The translations under genes were made by a program, and so were the position numbers. This document shows positions 11,003-23,423 of a DNA stretch of 34,842 bases, piece by piece. A model generated the notes under the pieces. The model was not told the origin of the DNA. It ran no database searches and worked only from the letters and a program-made list of their open reading frames with translations. Numbering within the stretch: the first letter of the stretch is position 1; the number at the start of each line of letters is the position of its first letter. Source of the DNA: Chiloscyllium plagiosum (Eukaryota); NCBI RefSeq assembly GCF_004010195.1, contig NC_057720.1, positions 285,691-320,532 of the forward strand, read 5' to 3'.

Positions 11003-13480
11003 AACATGAGATATAGGAGCAGAATTAGATCATTTGGCCCATCAAGTCTTCCCCATCATTGAATCATGGCTGATATATGTTTCTCAACCCCATTCTCCTG
11101 CCTTCTCCCGTGTAACCTTTGATCCCCTTACCAATCAGGAACCTACCTATCCATCTCTGAAATACACTCAGTGACTTGGCCTCCCCAGCCCTCCGAGGCA
11201 ATGAGTTCCACAGATTCCCCACCTTCTGGCTGAAGAAATTCCTCCTTAGCTCAGTTCTAAAGGGTCATTCCTTCACCCTGAGGCTGTGCCCTCGGGTCCT
11301 AGTCTCTCCTCCTGGTGGAAACATCTTCCCCATGTCCATTCGATCCAGGTCTCAGTATTCTCTAAGTTTCAGTCAGATTCCCCACTCCCTCATCCTTCTA
11401 AACTCCATCAAGTACAGATCCAGAGACCTCAACCCCTCCTCATACGACAAGCCCTTCATCCCAGGGATCATCTCTGTAAACCTCCTCTGGACCCCCCTCC
11501 AAGACCAGCCTCATCCTTCCTTCAATGCAGGGCCCAAAACTTCTCACAATATTCGAATGCAGTCTGACCAGAGTCTCATTTAGCCTCAGCAGAACATAGT
11601 CATAGAGCATGGATATAGTCCCAGTCCATGCCGACTATGTTCCCAAACTAAACTAGTCCCACCTACCTGCAGTTGATTGATAGTTTGTTTTGTTGTCATG
11701 TGTACCGAAGTACAGTGAAAAGCTTTGTTTACGAGCAGCACAGGCAGATCATAGTATGGGCTGCTTGGTTCAAATCCCTCCAAATCTTTTCTGTTCATGA
11801 ACTTATTGAAACTTTTTTTAATGTTGTAACTGTACCCGCATCCATCACTTCCTCTGGCTGTTCATACCACACACAAACCATTCTCTGTGTAAAAAGGTTA
11901 CATCCCTCGTGTCCTTTCTTAAACCTTCTCCTCTCACCTTAAAAAAAACCTCTCTAAGGTCATCCTCAACATCCTATGTTCCAGTGAAAAAAGTCACAGC
12001 CTATCCAACCAATTTTATAACTCAACCCCTTCATTCTTGGCAACATCCTAGTAAATTATTCTGAGCCCTTCCCAGTTTAACAACATCCTTCCTATATCTG
12101 GGTGACCAGAGCTGCTCAGTATTCCAGAAGATCCCTCATCAATACAATATTCTATACAACCACAGCAGGACGTCCCAACTCCCATACTCAAAGGTCTGAG
12201 AAATGAAGGCAAGCGTGCTAACAACTTCCTAACCCCCTGTCTACCTGTGATGCAAATGTCAAAGCATGATGTACTTGAAACCCTCAGTCCCTCTGTTTTA
12301 CAGCACTCCCCAGGGCCCATCCATTAACTGAATAAATCCTGCCATTATTTGTTTTACCAAAATGCAATACCTTGTATTTATCCAAATTAAATTCCATCTG
12401 CCACTCCTCACCCATTGGCCCAATTGATCAAGATCTCTTTGTAATTTTAGATACCTTCTTTACTGTCCACTATGTCATATCTCTGCTCTTGTATTCTAGC
12501 CCTCTTGAAATGAATGCTAGCATTGCATTTGCCTTCCTGATTGCCAACTGAATCTTAAGGAAATCCTGAACTATGATTTCAAAGTCCCTTTATGCTTCAG
12601 ATTTCCAAAGCCTTTCCCCATTTAGAAAATAGTCTATACCTCTATTCTTCCAACCAAAATGTATAACCTCACACTTTCCCATATTGTATTCCATCTGTTA
12701 CTTCTTTGCTGACTCCCTCGGCCTATCCAAGTCCTTCTGCAGCCTCCCTACTTCTTCATTACTAAACGTCCCTCCACCTATCTTTGAGATCTGCAAACTT
12801 AGAAACAATGCTCTCAGTTCCTTTGTATAGATCGTTAACGTCGTCATGTGAATAGTTGTGATCCCAAAACTGACCCCTGCGGAACTCCACTAGTCACTGG
12901 CTGCCATCCTGAAAAAGACCCCTTTATCCCCACTCTCTGCCTTCTGCCAGTCAGCCAACCCTCTCTCCATGTCAGTACCTTGTCCCTAACACCATGGACT
13001 CTTCCCTTATTTAGCACCTTCTTGAAGTCCAAATAGATCACATCCACTGGCTCTCCTTTATCTAACTTGCTCATTACCTCGACAAAGAATTCTAACAGAT
13101 TTGTCAGGCATAACCACCCCTTGATGAAGCTGTGCTCACTCAGCCCTATTTTACCATGCACTCAGAGTACACTGCAATCTCATCCTTCATACTGGACTCG
13201 AAAATCTTACCAATGATTGAGGTCAGGCTAACCGCCCTATAATTTCCCATCTCTGCCTTCCTCCCTTCTTAAAACAGCTGGGTCACGCTAGCCATTTTCC
13301 AGTTGTCTGGGACATTGCCTGACTCCAGTGAGTCCTAAAAGATCACTATCAATGCCCCTACAATCTTCTCAGCTATCTCCTTCAGACCCTAGTGTGTAGT
13401 TCATCTGGTCCAGGTGATTTATCCACCTTCAAGCTTCCCTTGAACATTTCTCCTTAACGATGACCGCTCCACTCTCATCT
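11003..13480 (-). mobile_element. CR1 LINE (11003-11595 plus 12476-13480) interrupted by a second CR1 (11596-12475)
   Basis: ORF 12844..13161 has LTNLLEFF, VDVIYLDFKK and SGVPQGSVLG; the host sequence joins as cctcagcagaaca|tatctctgctcttgtattc. Confidence 0.88.
11672..11757 (-). mobile_element. Short LINE 3' tail (Rex1/RTE-like, family tentative) nested in the inner CR1
   Basis: ttgtcatgtgtaccgaagtacagtgaaaag...caggcagatcatagt matches 13724-13787. Confidence 0.65.
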
Positions 13481-13705
13481 GCCTCTGATGTTCTGGCTCG
13501 GAGATCACTGTGCTCCTTTTATTCCTGCCTCTTGTAATTGATCATGCATTCAGATCCCTCAAACCTATCTCTTGAAATTCCTGAATTGCTCTGCCTCCCA
13601 AACTCTCTCCTCATTTAACACTCAATCCCTGAATGACTCAGGATAGGTTCACATTCCCACCTCACTATTTGCGCTGATCTGCTTCAGGCCAATTTCCCAC
13701 ATTGA

Positions 13706-13915
13706 ATTTGATTTGACTGATTTGTTGTCACATGTACCTAAGTTCAGTGAAAAGTTAGGTTTGCGAGCAGTACAGGCAGATCATAGTAAACAAGGACATA
13801 TAGATCAAAGGGTGAAAATAAAACTCAGAGGCAGACAGGTTACATTACATAGGGTGTGCATGAAGCACGATCAACAGGAGCAAGATCAGCATTATCTGAA
13901 GTTACAGAGAGTTAT
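13706..13915 (-). mobile_element. LINE 3' end (Rex1/RTE-like, family tentative)
   Basis: Starts with a short (ATTTG)n tail; homologous to 11672-11757. Confidence 0.6.
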
Positions 13916-14484
13916 TGCTACATAAATGCGGTTTGTGTCCAGGCAGCATTTAATAGTTTTATATTGGGGACAGCATTAACATTCTCACTGTTTTATTTCC
14001 TCCAATTGTATCATCAATGGAAAATTGAGCTACTGGGAAAATATTCAGAGAAACTGATATTAAATCCTGTCCTGGGGCAATTTGAAAATTTCACCTATGT
14101 TTCAAAAATTTAATAAATTGCACATTCAGTAGAAGTGGCCATGAAACTGCCAGATTGTGGTAAAAAATGGACATATTCTCCAACAACCTTTCACAAAGAA
14201 AGCAGCTGACCACATGACTCCATTCACATTTTCATCAATTCTTCAGCTCTCAGAGTCCAGCAAGGGGCTGAGCTTTTCACACTGACTGACCAAGCAGATC
14301 AGACCCTGCCTCCACCCTTGTGTCAGACAATAACAAACCTCCACCCCCACCTCCACTCCAGGGCAATTCGAGGCAAAGAACAATCATTCAGTGTCCCTCA
14401 GTGATGTGCACATAAAAACACCATCAGTTCACTCACAATGACTCAGATCCTGACTCTGACCCTGACCCTGACTTTATCCGGGCA

Positions 14485-14600
14485 TTCAAGGCAAAGGGCC
14501 AAGTGCTGGGAAATGGGATTAGATTGAAGGTCAGGGGTTTCTCAAGTATTGGTGCAGACTCGATGGGCTGAAGGGCCTCTTCTGCATGGTATGGTTCGAG
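14485..14600 (+). mobile_element. CR1 3' UTR tail
   Basis: gggccaagtgctgggaaatgggattag...gactcgatgggctgaagggcctcttctgc. Confidence 0.75.
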
Positions 14601-14624
14601 CATTCCTACTCAGTGCTTTTGTAA

Positions 14625-14935
14625 TTCGTTCATGAGATTTATGGATAAACATTGTCCCGGTCCATCAGTGTCCGTCCTGAATGATACTGAGGACATGACA
14701 GTGAGCTGGCTCCTCAGCTCGATCTGAGTTGCCTGGCTTGGCCATTTCAGAGCAACCCCATTGCTGTGGGCCTGGAGTTACGTGTAGTCCAAACCAGGTA
14801 AGGATGATGGATCTTCCTCCCTAAGAGCCATTAATGAACCAGATGGGTATTTTTCATGACAATCCAATAGTTTTATGGTTGCCATCCTGGGATTGCGTTC
14901 GAAACTCCAATCTGATGAATGTAAATTCCACCAGT
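14625..14935 (-). mobile_element. SINE of the 8650 family, reverse orientation
   Basis: ggccatttcagag...cattgctgtgggcctggagttacgtgtag...ccattaatgaaccagatggg. Confidence 0.7.
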
Positions 14936-15169
14936 TACTCTGCTCTTGTCCTGACCTCAAGACTGCCTGTCCAGTTTGTGGAAATAAATCCCTGGAACCT
15001 TCTCTGCTTTAAGGAGAACAATCCCAGCTTCTCCAGTCTCTCCACATCCCTGGGAGCTTTCTGCCTCATTGTCGGTGTTGTATTACCAATTACAAAGCAG
15101 GATTCCAACGTGAAATGGAACCATCTATAATTTCTTTGATGTTGGTTGTGAGATGGACATTGGCTGGGA

Positions 15170-15725
15170 GCCCTGGGGAGGGGTGGAGGGTGGGTGTTGG
15201 TGGTGAGGGGTTGGGTGTTGGTGGTGGAAGGGTTGGAGAGGGGGGAGGGGGTGTTGGTGGGTGGTGNNNNNNNNNNNNNNNNNNNNNNNNNNNNNNNNNN
15301 NNNNNNNNNNNNNNNNNNNNNNNNNNNNNNNNNNNNNNNNNNNNNNNNNNNNNNNNNNNNNNNNNNNNNNNNNNNNNNNNNNNNNNNNNNNNNNNNNNNN
15401 NNNNNNNNNNNNNNNNNNNNNNNNNNNNNNNNNNNNNNNNNNNNNNNNNNNNNNNNNNNNNNNNNNNNNNNNNNNNNNNNNNNNNNNNNNNNNNNNNNNN
15501 NNNNNNNNNNNNNNNNNNNNNNNNNNNNNNNNNNNNNNNNNNNNNNNNNNNNNNNNNNNNNNNNNNNNNNNNNNNNNNNNNNNNNNNNNNNNNNNNNNNN
15601 NNNNNNNNNNNNNNNNNNNNNNNNNNNNNNNNNNNNNNNNNNNNNNNNNNNNNNNNNNNNNNNNNNNNNNNNNNNNNGTGGTGGGTGTGGGTGTTGAGGG
15701 GGTGTTGGTGGGTGGGTGGGTGGAG
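15170..15725. repeat. G-rich (GGT/GGGTGTT) low-complexity tract spanning gap 15267-15677
   Basis: The same repeat is seen on both sides of the 411-N gap. Confidence 0.8.
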
Positions 15726-15827
15726 GAATTACCTGCTGTATAAAACGTGGTCTCACCTTCGAGGCCCAAACATCATCGACTATTTGCTGCTGATAACTGT
15801 ATCCCCCAATCCTGTGGAGCTACCAAT

Positions 15828-16050
15828 GTTGGATTGGGGGAGGGGGGGGAATAGGAGTCAGAAGTCACACAACACCAGGTTACAGTCCAACAGGTTTATT
15901 TGAAATCACAAGCTTTCAGAGTGCTGCCCCTTCAGCAGGTGGAATGAGCTGACAAAGGAGCCGTGCTCCAAGGCTTATGATTTGAAATAAACCAGTCGGA
16001 GTATAACCTGGTGTCATGTGACTCCTGACCTGTAGCCCGTCCCAGTCAGA
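15828..16050. mobile_element. Palindromic Penelope-like element (second family) with decayed hammerhead-like cores
   Basis: 15857-15938 and 15949-16030 are imperfect reverse complements (gtcagaagtcacacaacaccaggtta...taacctggtgtcatgtgactcctgac). Confidence 0.8.
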
Positions 16051-16149
16051 AGAGACACGTTCCTGGGTGAACCTCGACAATATTGCGATTTGATGCAGGG
16101 TGGGGGTGGGGCGAGAGCCATGGGATTGGGATTTATGGGGTGACTGAGA

Positions 16150-16380
16150 TTGGTCAACAGACAGAGAGCAGAGAGTGAGAATTCATGGGGCATTTTGAAA
16201 TTGTCAGGATGTGAGGAGGGGAGTGTGACAGGGATCAGTGCTGGGGCCTCAGCTATTTCCAATCAATATGGATTAGTGAAATGAAGAGACTGAGTGTAAT
16301 GTTATTGATGTTTACTGATGATACCGAGCTGGCTGGAAAGGTAAGCTATACACAGCACACAGAGGCTGCAGAGAGATGAA
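16150..16380 (+). mobile_element. Degenerate CR1 RT fragment
   Basis: cagggatcagtgctggggcctcagctattt (QGSVLGPQLF) and tttactgatgatacc (FTDDT). Confidence 0.7.
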
Positions 16381-16384
16381 ACAG

Positions 16385-18510
16385 ATCACAGAACAGTACA
16401 GCACAGTACAGGCCCTTCGGCCCACAATGTTGTGCCGAGCATTTATCTTAATTGAAGATCAACCTAACCTACACACACCCTTCAATTTACTGCCATCCAC
16501 ATACTCGTCCAGTTGTGCTTAAATGTCCCTAATGTCTCTGACTCTACCACCACTGGCAGGGCATTCCGCGCACCCACCACTCTGTGTAAAGAAGCTATCT
16601 CTGACACCTCCCCTAAACCTTCCTCCAATCACCTTAAAATTATGATCCCTTACGACAGCCATTTCAGTCCTGGGGAAAAGTCTCTGACTATCTACTCTAT
16701 CTATGCCTCCATAACCTTGCACACCTCTATAAAGTCACCTTTATAGGTGTGAAAAGCCCTAGCTCATTCAATCTCTCTCCAGAAGAGCAACCCTCCAATT
16801 CAGGCAGCATCCTGGTAAATCTCCTCTGCACCCTCTTTAAAGCATCTACTTCTTTCCCACAATGAGGTGACCAGAACTAGACACAATATTCCAAGTGTGG
16901 TCTAACTAGGGCTTTATACAACTGCAGCAAAACCTTGCAGCTCTTAAACTCACTCCCCCTGTTAGTGAAAGCCAAAACACCACATGCTTTCTTANNNNNN
17001 NNNNNNNNNNNNNNNNNNNNNNNNNNNNNNNNNNNNNNNNNNNNNNNNNNNNNNNNNNNNNNNNNNNNNNNNNNNNNNNNNNNNNNNNNNNNNNNNNNNN
17101 NNNNNNNNNNNNCTTGTACACCTCTATCAAGTCACCTCTCATCCTTCTTCTCTCCAATGAGGAAAGCCTCAGCTCCCTCAACCTTTCTTCATAAGACACA
17201 CCCTCCAGTCCAGGAGCATCCTGGGAAATCTCCTCTGCACGCTCTCTAAAGCATCTACATCCTTCCTATAATGAGGCAACCAGAACTGAACACAATATTC
17301 CAAGTGTGGTCTAACTAGAGTTTTATAGAGTTGCAGCAAAACCTCACGGCTCTTAAACTCACTCCCCCTGTTAGTGAAAGCCAAAACACCATATGCTTTC
17401 TTAACAACCCTATCCACTTAGGTGGCAATTTTGTGGGATCTATGTACATTGACCCCAAGATTCCTCTGTTCCTCCACATTGCCAAGAATCTTGTCTTTAA
17501 CCTCATACTCAGCATTCAAATTTGACCTTCCAAAATGAATCACTTCACATTTATCCAGGTTGAACTCCATCTGTCACTTCTCAGCCCAGCTCTGCATCCT
17601 GTCAATGTCATTTTGTAGCCTGCAACAGCTCTCGATACTATCTTCAACTTCACTGACCTTTGTGTCATCGGCAAATTTACTAACCCACCCTTTCACTTCT
17701 TTATCCAAGTCATTTATAACAACTACAAAGAGCAGAGGCTCAAGAACAGATCCCTGCGGGACGCCACTGGTCACCAACCTCCAGGCGGAATACTTTCCAT
17801 CCACTACCACTCACTGTCTTCTTTCGGCCAGCCAATCCTGTATCCAGACATCCACATTTCTCTGTATCCCATACCTCTTAACTTTCTGAATAGGCCTACC
17901 GTGGGGAACCTTATCAAATGCCTTACTGAAATCCATATACACCACGTCCACTGCTCAACCTTTGCCATCTTGTCTCACTACATTGTCAAAGAACTCAATA
18001 AGGTGAGGCATGACCTGCCCCTCCCAAAGCCATGCTGACTGTCTTTAATCAAACTATGTTTTTCCAAATAGTCATGAATCCTCTCTCTCAGAATCCTTTC
18101 CTGTACCTTGCTGACCACAGACGTAAGACTGACTGGTCTGTAATTCCCAACGATTTCCCTGTTCCCTTTCTCAAAAAGAGGAACAACATTCGCCTCCCTC
18201 CAATCATCCAGTACTACTCCATGGAGAGTGCGGATGCAAAGATCATCGCCAGAGGCACAGCAATCTCAATCCTCGCTTCCCGTAGTAACCTTGGATATAT
18301 CTGGTGACTTCTCTATCTTGATGTTTCCCAGAATTTCCAGCACATCCCCTTAATATCAAATCTGTTCAAGTCTATTAACCTGGTCCATGGTGTTCTCACT
18401 ATTAACAAGGTCCATCTCTCTAGTGAAAGCTTTAACAAAAAACTCATTCGGGCCTCCCCTACCTTTTCAGACTCCAGGCACAAGTCCCCTCCACAATCCC
18501 TGATTGGCCC
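16385..18510 (-). mobile_element. CR1 LINE, about 2 kb, decayed ORF2, spanning gap 16995-17112
   Basis: ORFs 17178..17417 (LVRPHLEYCVQFW) and 17574..17810 (SGVPQGSVL, KFADDTK); 3' tail acagaacagtacagcacagtacaggcccttcggccc. Confidence 0.92.
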
Positions 18511-18749
18511 AACCCAGATCTCGAGAGATTCAGAAAGTAGGCCATCAGGTGAACACATCAGTTTACCAGGGGGATGTGATATTATAAGGAAAGAAAAGGC
18601 AAGTACTTTTGAAAGGGTGAAATTTGTAAAAGTTGACATTGTAAAAGTAGAAGTACATGTGTATTTGTACAAGGAACACAGAGAGGCAGCATGCAGGTAA
18701 TAGCAAATGTCATGTTCAGCATGACTCGCCACTCCTCAGATACTGAAGC

Positions 18750-19627
18750 AGTCCATGTTTAAACGCAACAAGATCTGGATAATAACCAGGCTTGGGCTGA
18801 TAAGTGGCAAGTAACATTTATGCCACAAAAAAAATGCCAGGCTATGACCATCACCAGTAAGAGAAATCTAACCAACACCCCTTGACATTCAGTAGAGTTA
18901 TCATCACTGAACCCCCTACTATCAACATTCAGCAACTCAACTGGACTTACCACATAAACACAGTGGCTACAAGAGCAGGTCAGAGTTCCAGAACTCCCGC
19001 CAGATTTTAAGGGGTTTCCCCCTTGTTCCTGCCATTACAACCCTACCCACCCTCCCAGTAACTCACCTCCTGAAACCCAAAGCCTGTCCACCATCTACAA
19101 GGCACAAGTCAGGAGTGTGATGGAATACTCCCCACTGCCCTGGATGGGTTCAACTCCAACAACACACAAGAAGCTTGACACCATCCAGGGGCAAAGCAGC
19201 CCCCGCTTGATTGACACCACATCCACAAACATCCCCTCCCTCCCCCACCGACGCTCAGTAGCAGCAGGGTGTACTATCTACAAGATGCACTGCAGAAATT
19301 CATCAATGTTCCTTCGACAGCACCTTCCAAACCCACGAACATTTCCATCTAGAAGGACAAGGGCAACAGGTACATGGGAACATCATCCATACGTTTCCCC
19401 TCCAAGCCATTCACCATCCTGACTTGGAAATATGTCGCCATTCCTTCACTGTCACTGGGTCAGAATCCTGGAATTCCCTCCCTAATGGCATTTTGAGTCA
19501 ACCTACAGCACTGCAGCGTCTCAAGAAGGCAGCTCACCCCCACCTTCTCAAGGGGCAACTAGGGATGGGTGATAAATGCTGGGCCCAGCCAGTGACAACC
19601 TTGTCCTATGAATGAATAAGAAAAAAA
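18750..19627 (+). mobile_element. CR1/L2-group LINE of a different family (Crack/Zenon-like, tentative), 3' part
   Basis: Encodes YKAQVRSVMEYSPL...KKLDTIQ...HRRSVAA.CTIYKMHC; ends gaatgaataagaaaaaa. Confidence 0.8.
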
Positions 19628-19929
19628 GTTGGCCTTTAACCCAAGGGGTCTGGGGGACAGTAACAATTGGCCTGGTGTTTGGGGAGCAGATGGCTGGGAT
19701 ACAGTGGGCTGTAATGAAGGGAGCATGGACCTGCAGTGCAGTAGGGCAATGATGGTCCACCTGATGGCACACTGGGTCCAGGGGGCTGTCCTGTAACATG
19801 GGGCTGAGTAAATTGGGTCAACATTATCTGAAATTCAGAAGAATTAGGGGGATTGAGGATCTCATTGATACATCCAGGATTCTGATAAGCTTTGATGGGG
19901 TTGATATTTAGATTGAACTCCTCCCCTCC

Positions 19930-20235
19930 ATTCTGTGAACAACAGTTTAAATACCACCAAGACAGATAGCGAAATTGGAATTCAATAACAATTGGGAATT
20001 TAAAGCTAGTGAAATGGGGACCATGGAACACTGTCAATCGTCATTAAAAACCCATCAAGTTAATTAATGTCCTGTACAGAAGGAAATCTGCTATCCTTAC
20101 CTGGTCGAGCCAAATTGTGACTCCAGACCCACCGCAATGTAGGTGACTGTTAACTGTCCTCTGGGCAATTAGGAATTGGTGAGACATAGTTGCCTAGCCA
20201 GTGATGTCACGTCCTATGAACCAATTTTTTAAAAA
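19930..20235 (+). mobile_element. SINE of the 8650 family
   Basis: aaaacccatc...taatgtcctgtacagaaggaaatctgc...gactccagacccaccgcaatgt...gggcaattagg. Confidence 0.75.
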
Positions 20236-20339
20236 GTGACTTTTCGTTTCTGGGAATTGAGAGATATGGGAAGCACATGGGAAGGTGGAGTTGAAGCCTA
20301 TGATTGGCTATGTTAGTATTGGTACAGGAAGTTAAAAGA

Positions 20340-21140
20340 GATTAATTAGATTGACAGATCAGTGGCAGATGGAGTTTAGCCCTAATAAATGGGAGGTGAT
20401 CCACTTTGGGAAAAGGAACAAGACAAGAGAATACTCTATGAATGACAGGACACTAGGAAGCTCAAAGGGATCTTGGGGTGTGTGTCCACAGATCCCTGAA
20501 GGTGGCAGGACAGGTTAAAAGATGGTTAAGAAGGTACATGGGATCATTACCTTTATTCGTCAAGGAATTGAATATAAGAGGTGAAAGGTTATATTGGAGC
20601 TGTACAGGACTGTGATGAAGTGATAGGCTGGAGTACTGTGTGCAGTTCTGGTCGCCACACGATAGGAAGGATGGGATTGTACTGGAGGGGGGCAGTGGAG
20701 ATTCACCAGGATACTGCCTGGGACGGAGTATTTCAGCGATGGGGAGAGGCTGGATAAGCTCAGAGTGTTTGCTTTGAAGTGTAGAAAGTTGAGGGGGGCC
20801 TGATAGAGGTGTGTAAGGTGATAAAGGGCATGGATTGAGAGAAGTTGTTCCCTTTAATTAAAGGGACAATAAATGATATAATTTTAAAGTGAAAGGCAAG
20901 AGATTTAGAGGGGATTTGAAGAAAAGATTTTTCACCCAGAGGGTGGTAGGGGTCCGGAATGAACTGCCTGGGAGGAACGTTGAGGCAAAAAACATCTCGA
21001 AACCTTTAACAAGGACTTGGATGAGCAACTGATATATCGTAGCATTCAAGGCTATGGGACTAGTGCAGGAAAGTGGGATGATTGTAGACAGGACAGTGCT
21101 GACTTGATGGGCCGAAGGGCATCGGCTGTGCTGGATGATT
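20340..21140 (+). mobile_element. CR1 LINE 3' portion
   Basis: tggcagatggagttt, ctggagtactgtgtgcagttctggtcgccacac, and tail gatgggccgaagggc. Confidence 0.88.
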
Positions 21141-21330
21141 AAGGCCAGGTGAAGACCATTTGACCCTTTGAATCTGCTCCATTTGTAAAGTTTGCAGTTT
21201 GGGTCGACATGAGGCTGTGGGGAAAGTGGGCAGTGGGTAGAATTTTGGAGAATTGGGGGTTGGGTGCTTGGAGCTGATTGGGCAGGGGAAGCAGGGATTT
21301 GCATGGTTGGAGACATTTGCAGTTGAGTAG

Positions 21331-21381
21331 TTGGGGGGGGGATGGGGATGGGGTTGGGGGGGATGGGGATGGGGTTGGGGC
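21331..21381 (+). repeat. G-run tandem repeat (GGGGAT/GGGGTT) with G-quadruplex potential
   Basis: Seven runs of 4 or more G with 2-nt loops. Confidence 0.8.
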
Positions 21382-21634
21382 AGTTTGGAGTTTGCACAGC
21401 TTGAGAGTTTTGGGGCTTTTACATTGTTTAGGATTTCAGGAATTAAACATTGGGGCAAGAAATTTTGGGGAATGTATTGTTGGGGAAGTTGCTTGCTTTA
21501 GAAGTGGTTGATTTAATTAATCCGGGGGCAGGAGAATCTGGAGATTATGTAACCCGAGTGAACGAGTGACAAGATATCAGGGCACGACACACGACTGGGA
21601 TTGATCCATCCCTACTGACTGACAAACACCAGAG

Positions 21635-22275
<641 letters not shown>

Positions 22276-22434
22276 CTAACACCAGCAACAAGAGGACACA
22301 GGTCACCATGAAGGGAGCAAGATCGTTCAAAAACTGTCATTAACATATCATTAACATTGGTAACATATAATTGGAATACATTAAACAGTGAGCTTTCTCT
22401 CTGAAACAGAGAAGTCATTCTGAAATTAAAGCCA

Positions 22435-22636
22435 GAATCGAGTGTGGTGCTGGAAAAGCACAGCAGGTTCAGGCAGTATCCGAGGAGCAGGAACATCGAC
22501 GAAGGGAATTCCTGATGAAGGGCTCCGGCCCCGAAACGTTGATTCTCCTGCTCCTCGGATGCTGTCTGACCTGCTGTGCTTTTCCAGCACCATACTCTCG
22601 ACCCTGATCTCCAGCATCTGTCGTCCTCACTTTCTC
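22435..22636 (+). mobile_element. Palindromic Penelope-like insertion with 15-bp target-site duplication
   Basis: ctgaaattaaagcca at 22420-22434 and 22637-22651; inverted arms at 22443-22501 and 22537-22595. Confidence 0.88.
22504..22548 (+). ncRNA. Minimal type I hammerhead ribozyme-like motif
   Basis: CTGATGA (22512-22518), GC hairpin gggc-tccg-gccc, GAAA (22533-22536), then CGTT. Stem III is vestigial and stem I is weak. Confidence 0.5.
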
Positions 22637-23423
22637 CTGAAATTAAAGCCATTCCATGTCGATTGGCTGAAACTATTAATGATTTCTAATGGACAGGTCT
22701 AATTTCTCTCAACAGTTCTTTCTAAAGTGAAGGATAAGCTCTCAAATTTTGCACAAGATTTATTGACAAGAATTAACAATCCATTGGAAAACTTCTGAGC
22801 AGGATCATATTTTCATGTCAGTTCTTGGGATTCTCCCTGGGTCTGATAGAAACCTTTCTCTCTGACTGCAGGAACAGGAACTTGAACAGAGAGGCTCTGA
22901 TGGTCAGGAAAAGCTGGACAGGCAGGAGGCTGTTTGCTCCTGAACAAAGACAGTGGAGGGTCTGACCTGAGAGAGATAGACAGAAGGTGTTCCACCATCA
23001 CCATCCTGCCCACCGTGTTACAGAGACCAGACTCAGGGCCATCAATATCAGACAATCCCAAAGAAATCCCAATGCAATCACAAACACAAAACAGGAATCT
23101 GCAGAGGGTCATTCCACAGTGAGACTGAACCAAACCGCAGAACAGTGGAGTCCTGTCACCAATGACACTTCTGCATCACCCATACTCCAGTTATCATGGA
23201 ATCCTGAATGAATCAGGCAATTAGTGGGTGATAAGCTACCCTCCCCAACCATTCTGAGTTTCATCTTAAACCCCAGTGATCTCAGAAAGGAAATGGATTC
23301 TTATGAAAAGATTGAGTTGTCGATAGGGTGGTGGAGTGGAAGGAGCTAAATTATTCATGAAGAGAGCTATCACAGACCCAATGGGCTGAGTGGCCTCCTT
23401 CTCTACTAGAGCTGTTCTGCTGG

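Noticed and set aside
14935..15903. Long ORFs across 15267-15677 (also across 16995-17112 and 30517-31318)
   Set aside because: They are open only because of N runs.
20858..21511. Pro-rich and Gly-rich ORFs as extra collagen exons
   Set aside because: They derive from the GGGGAT repeat and CR1 antisense, without Gly-X-Y periodicity or splice sites.
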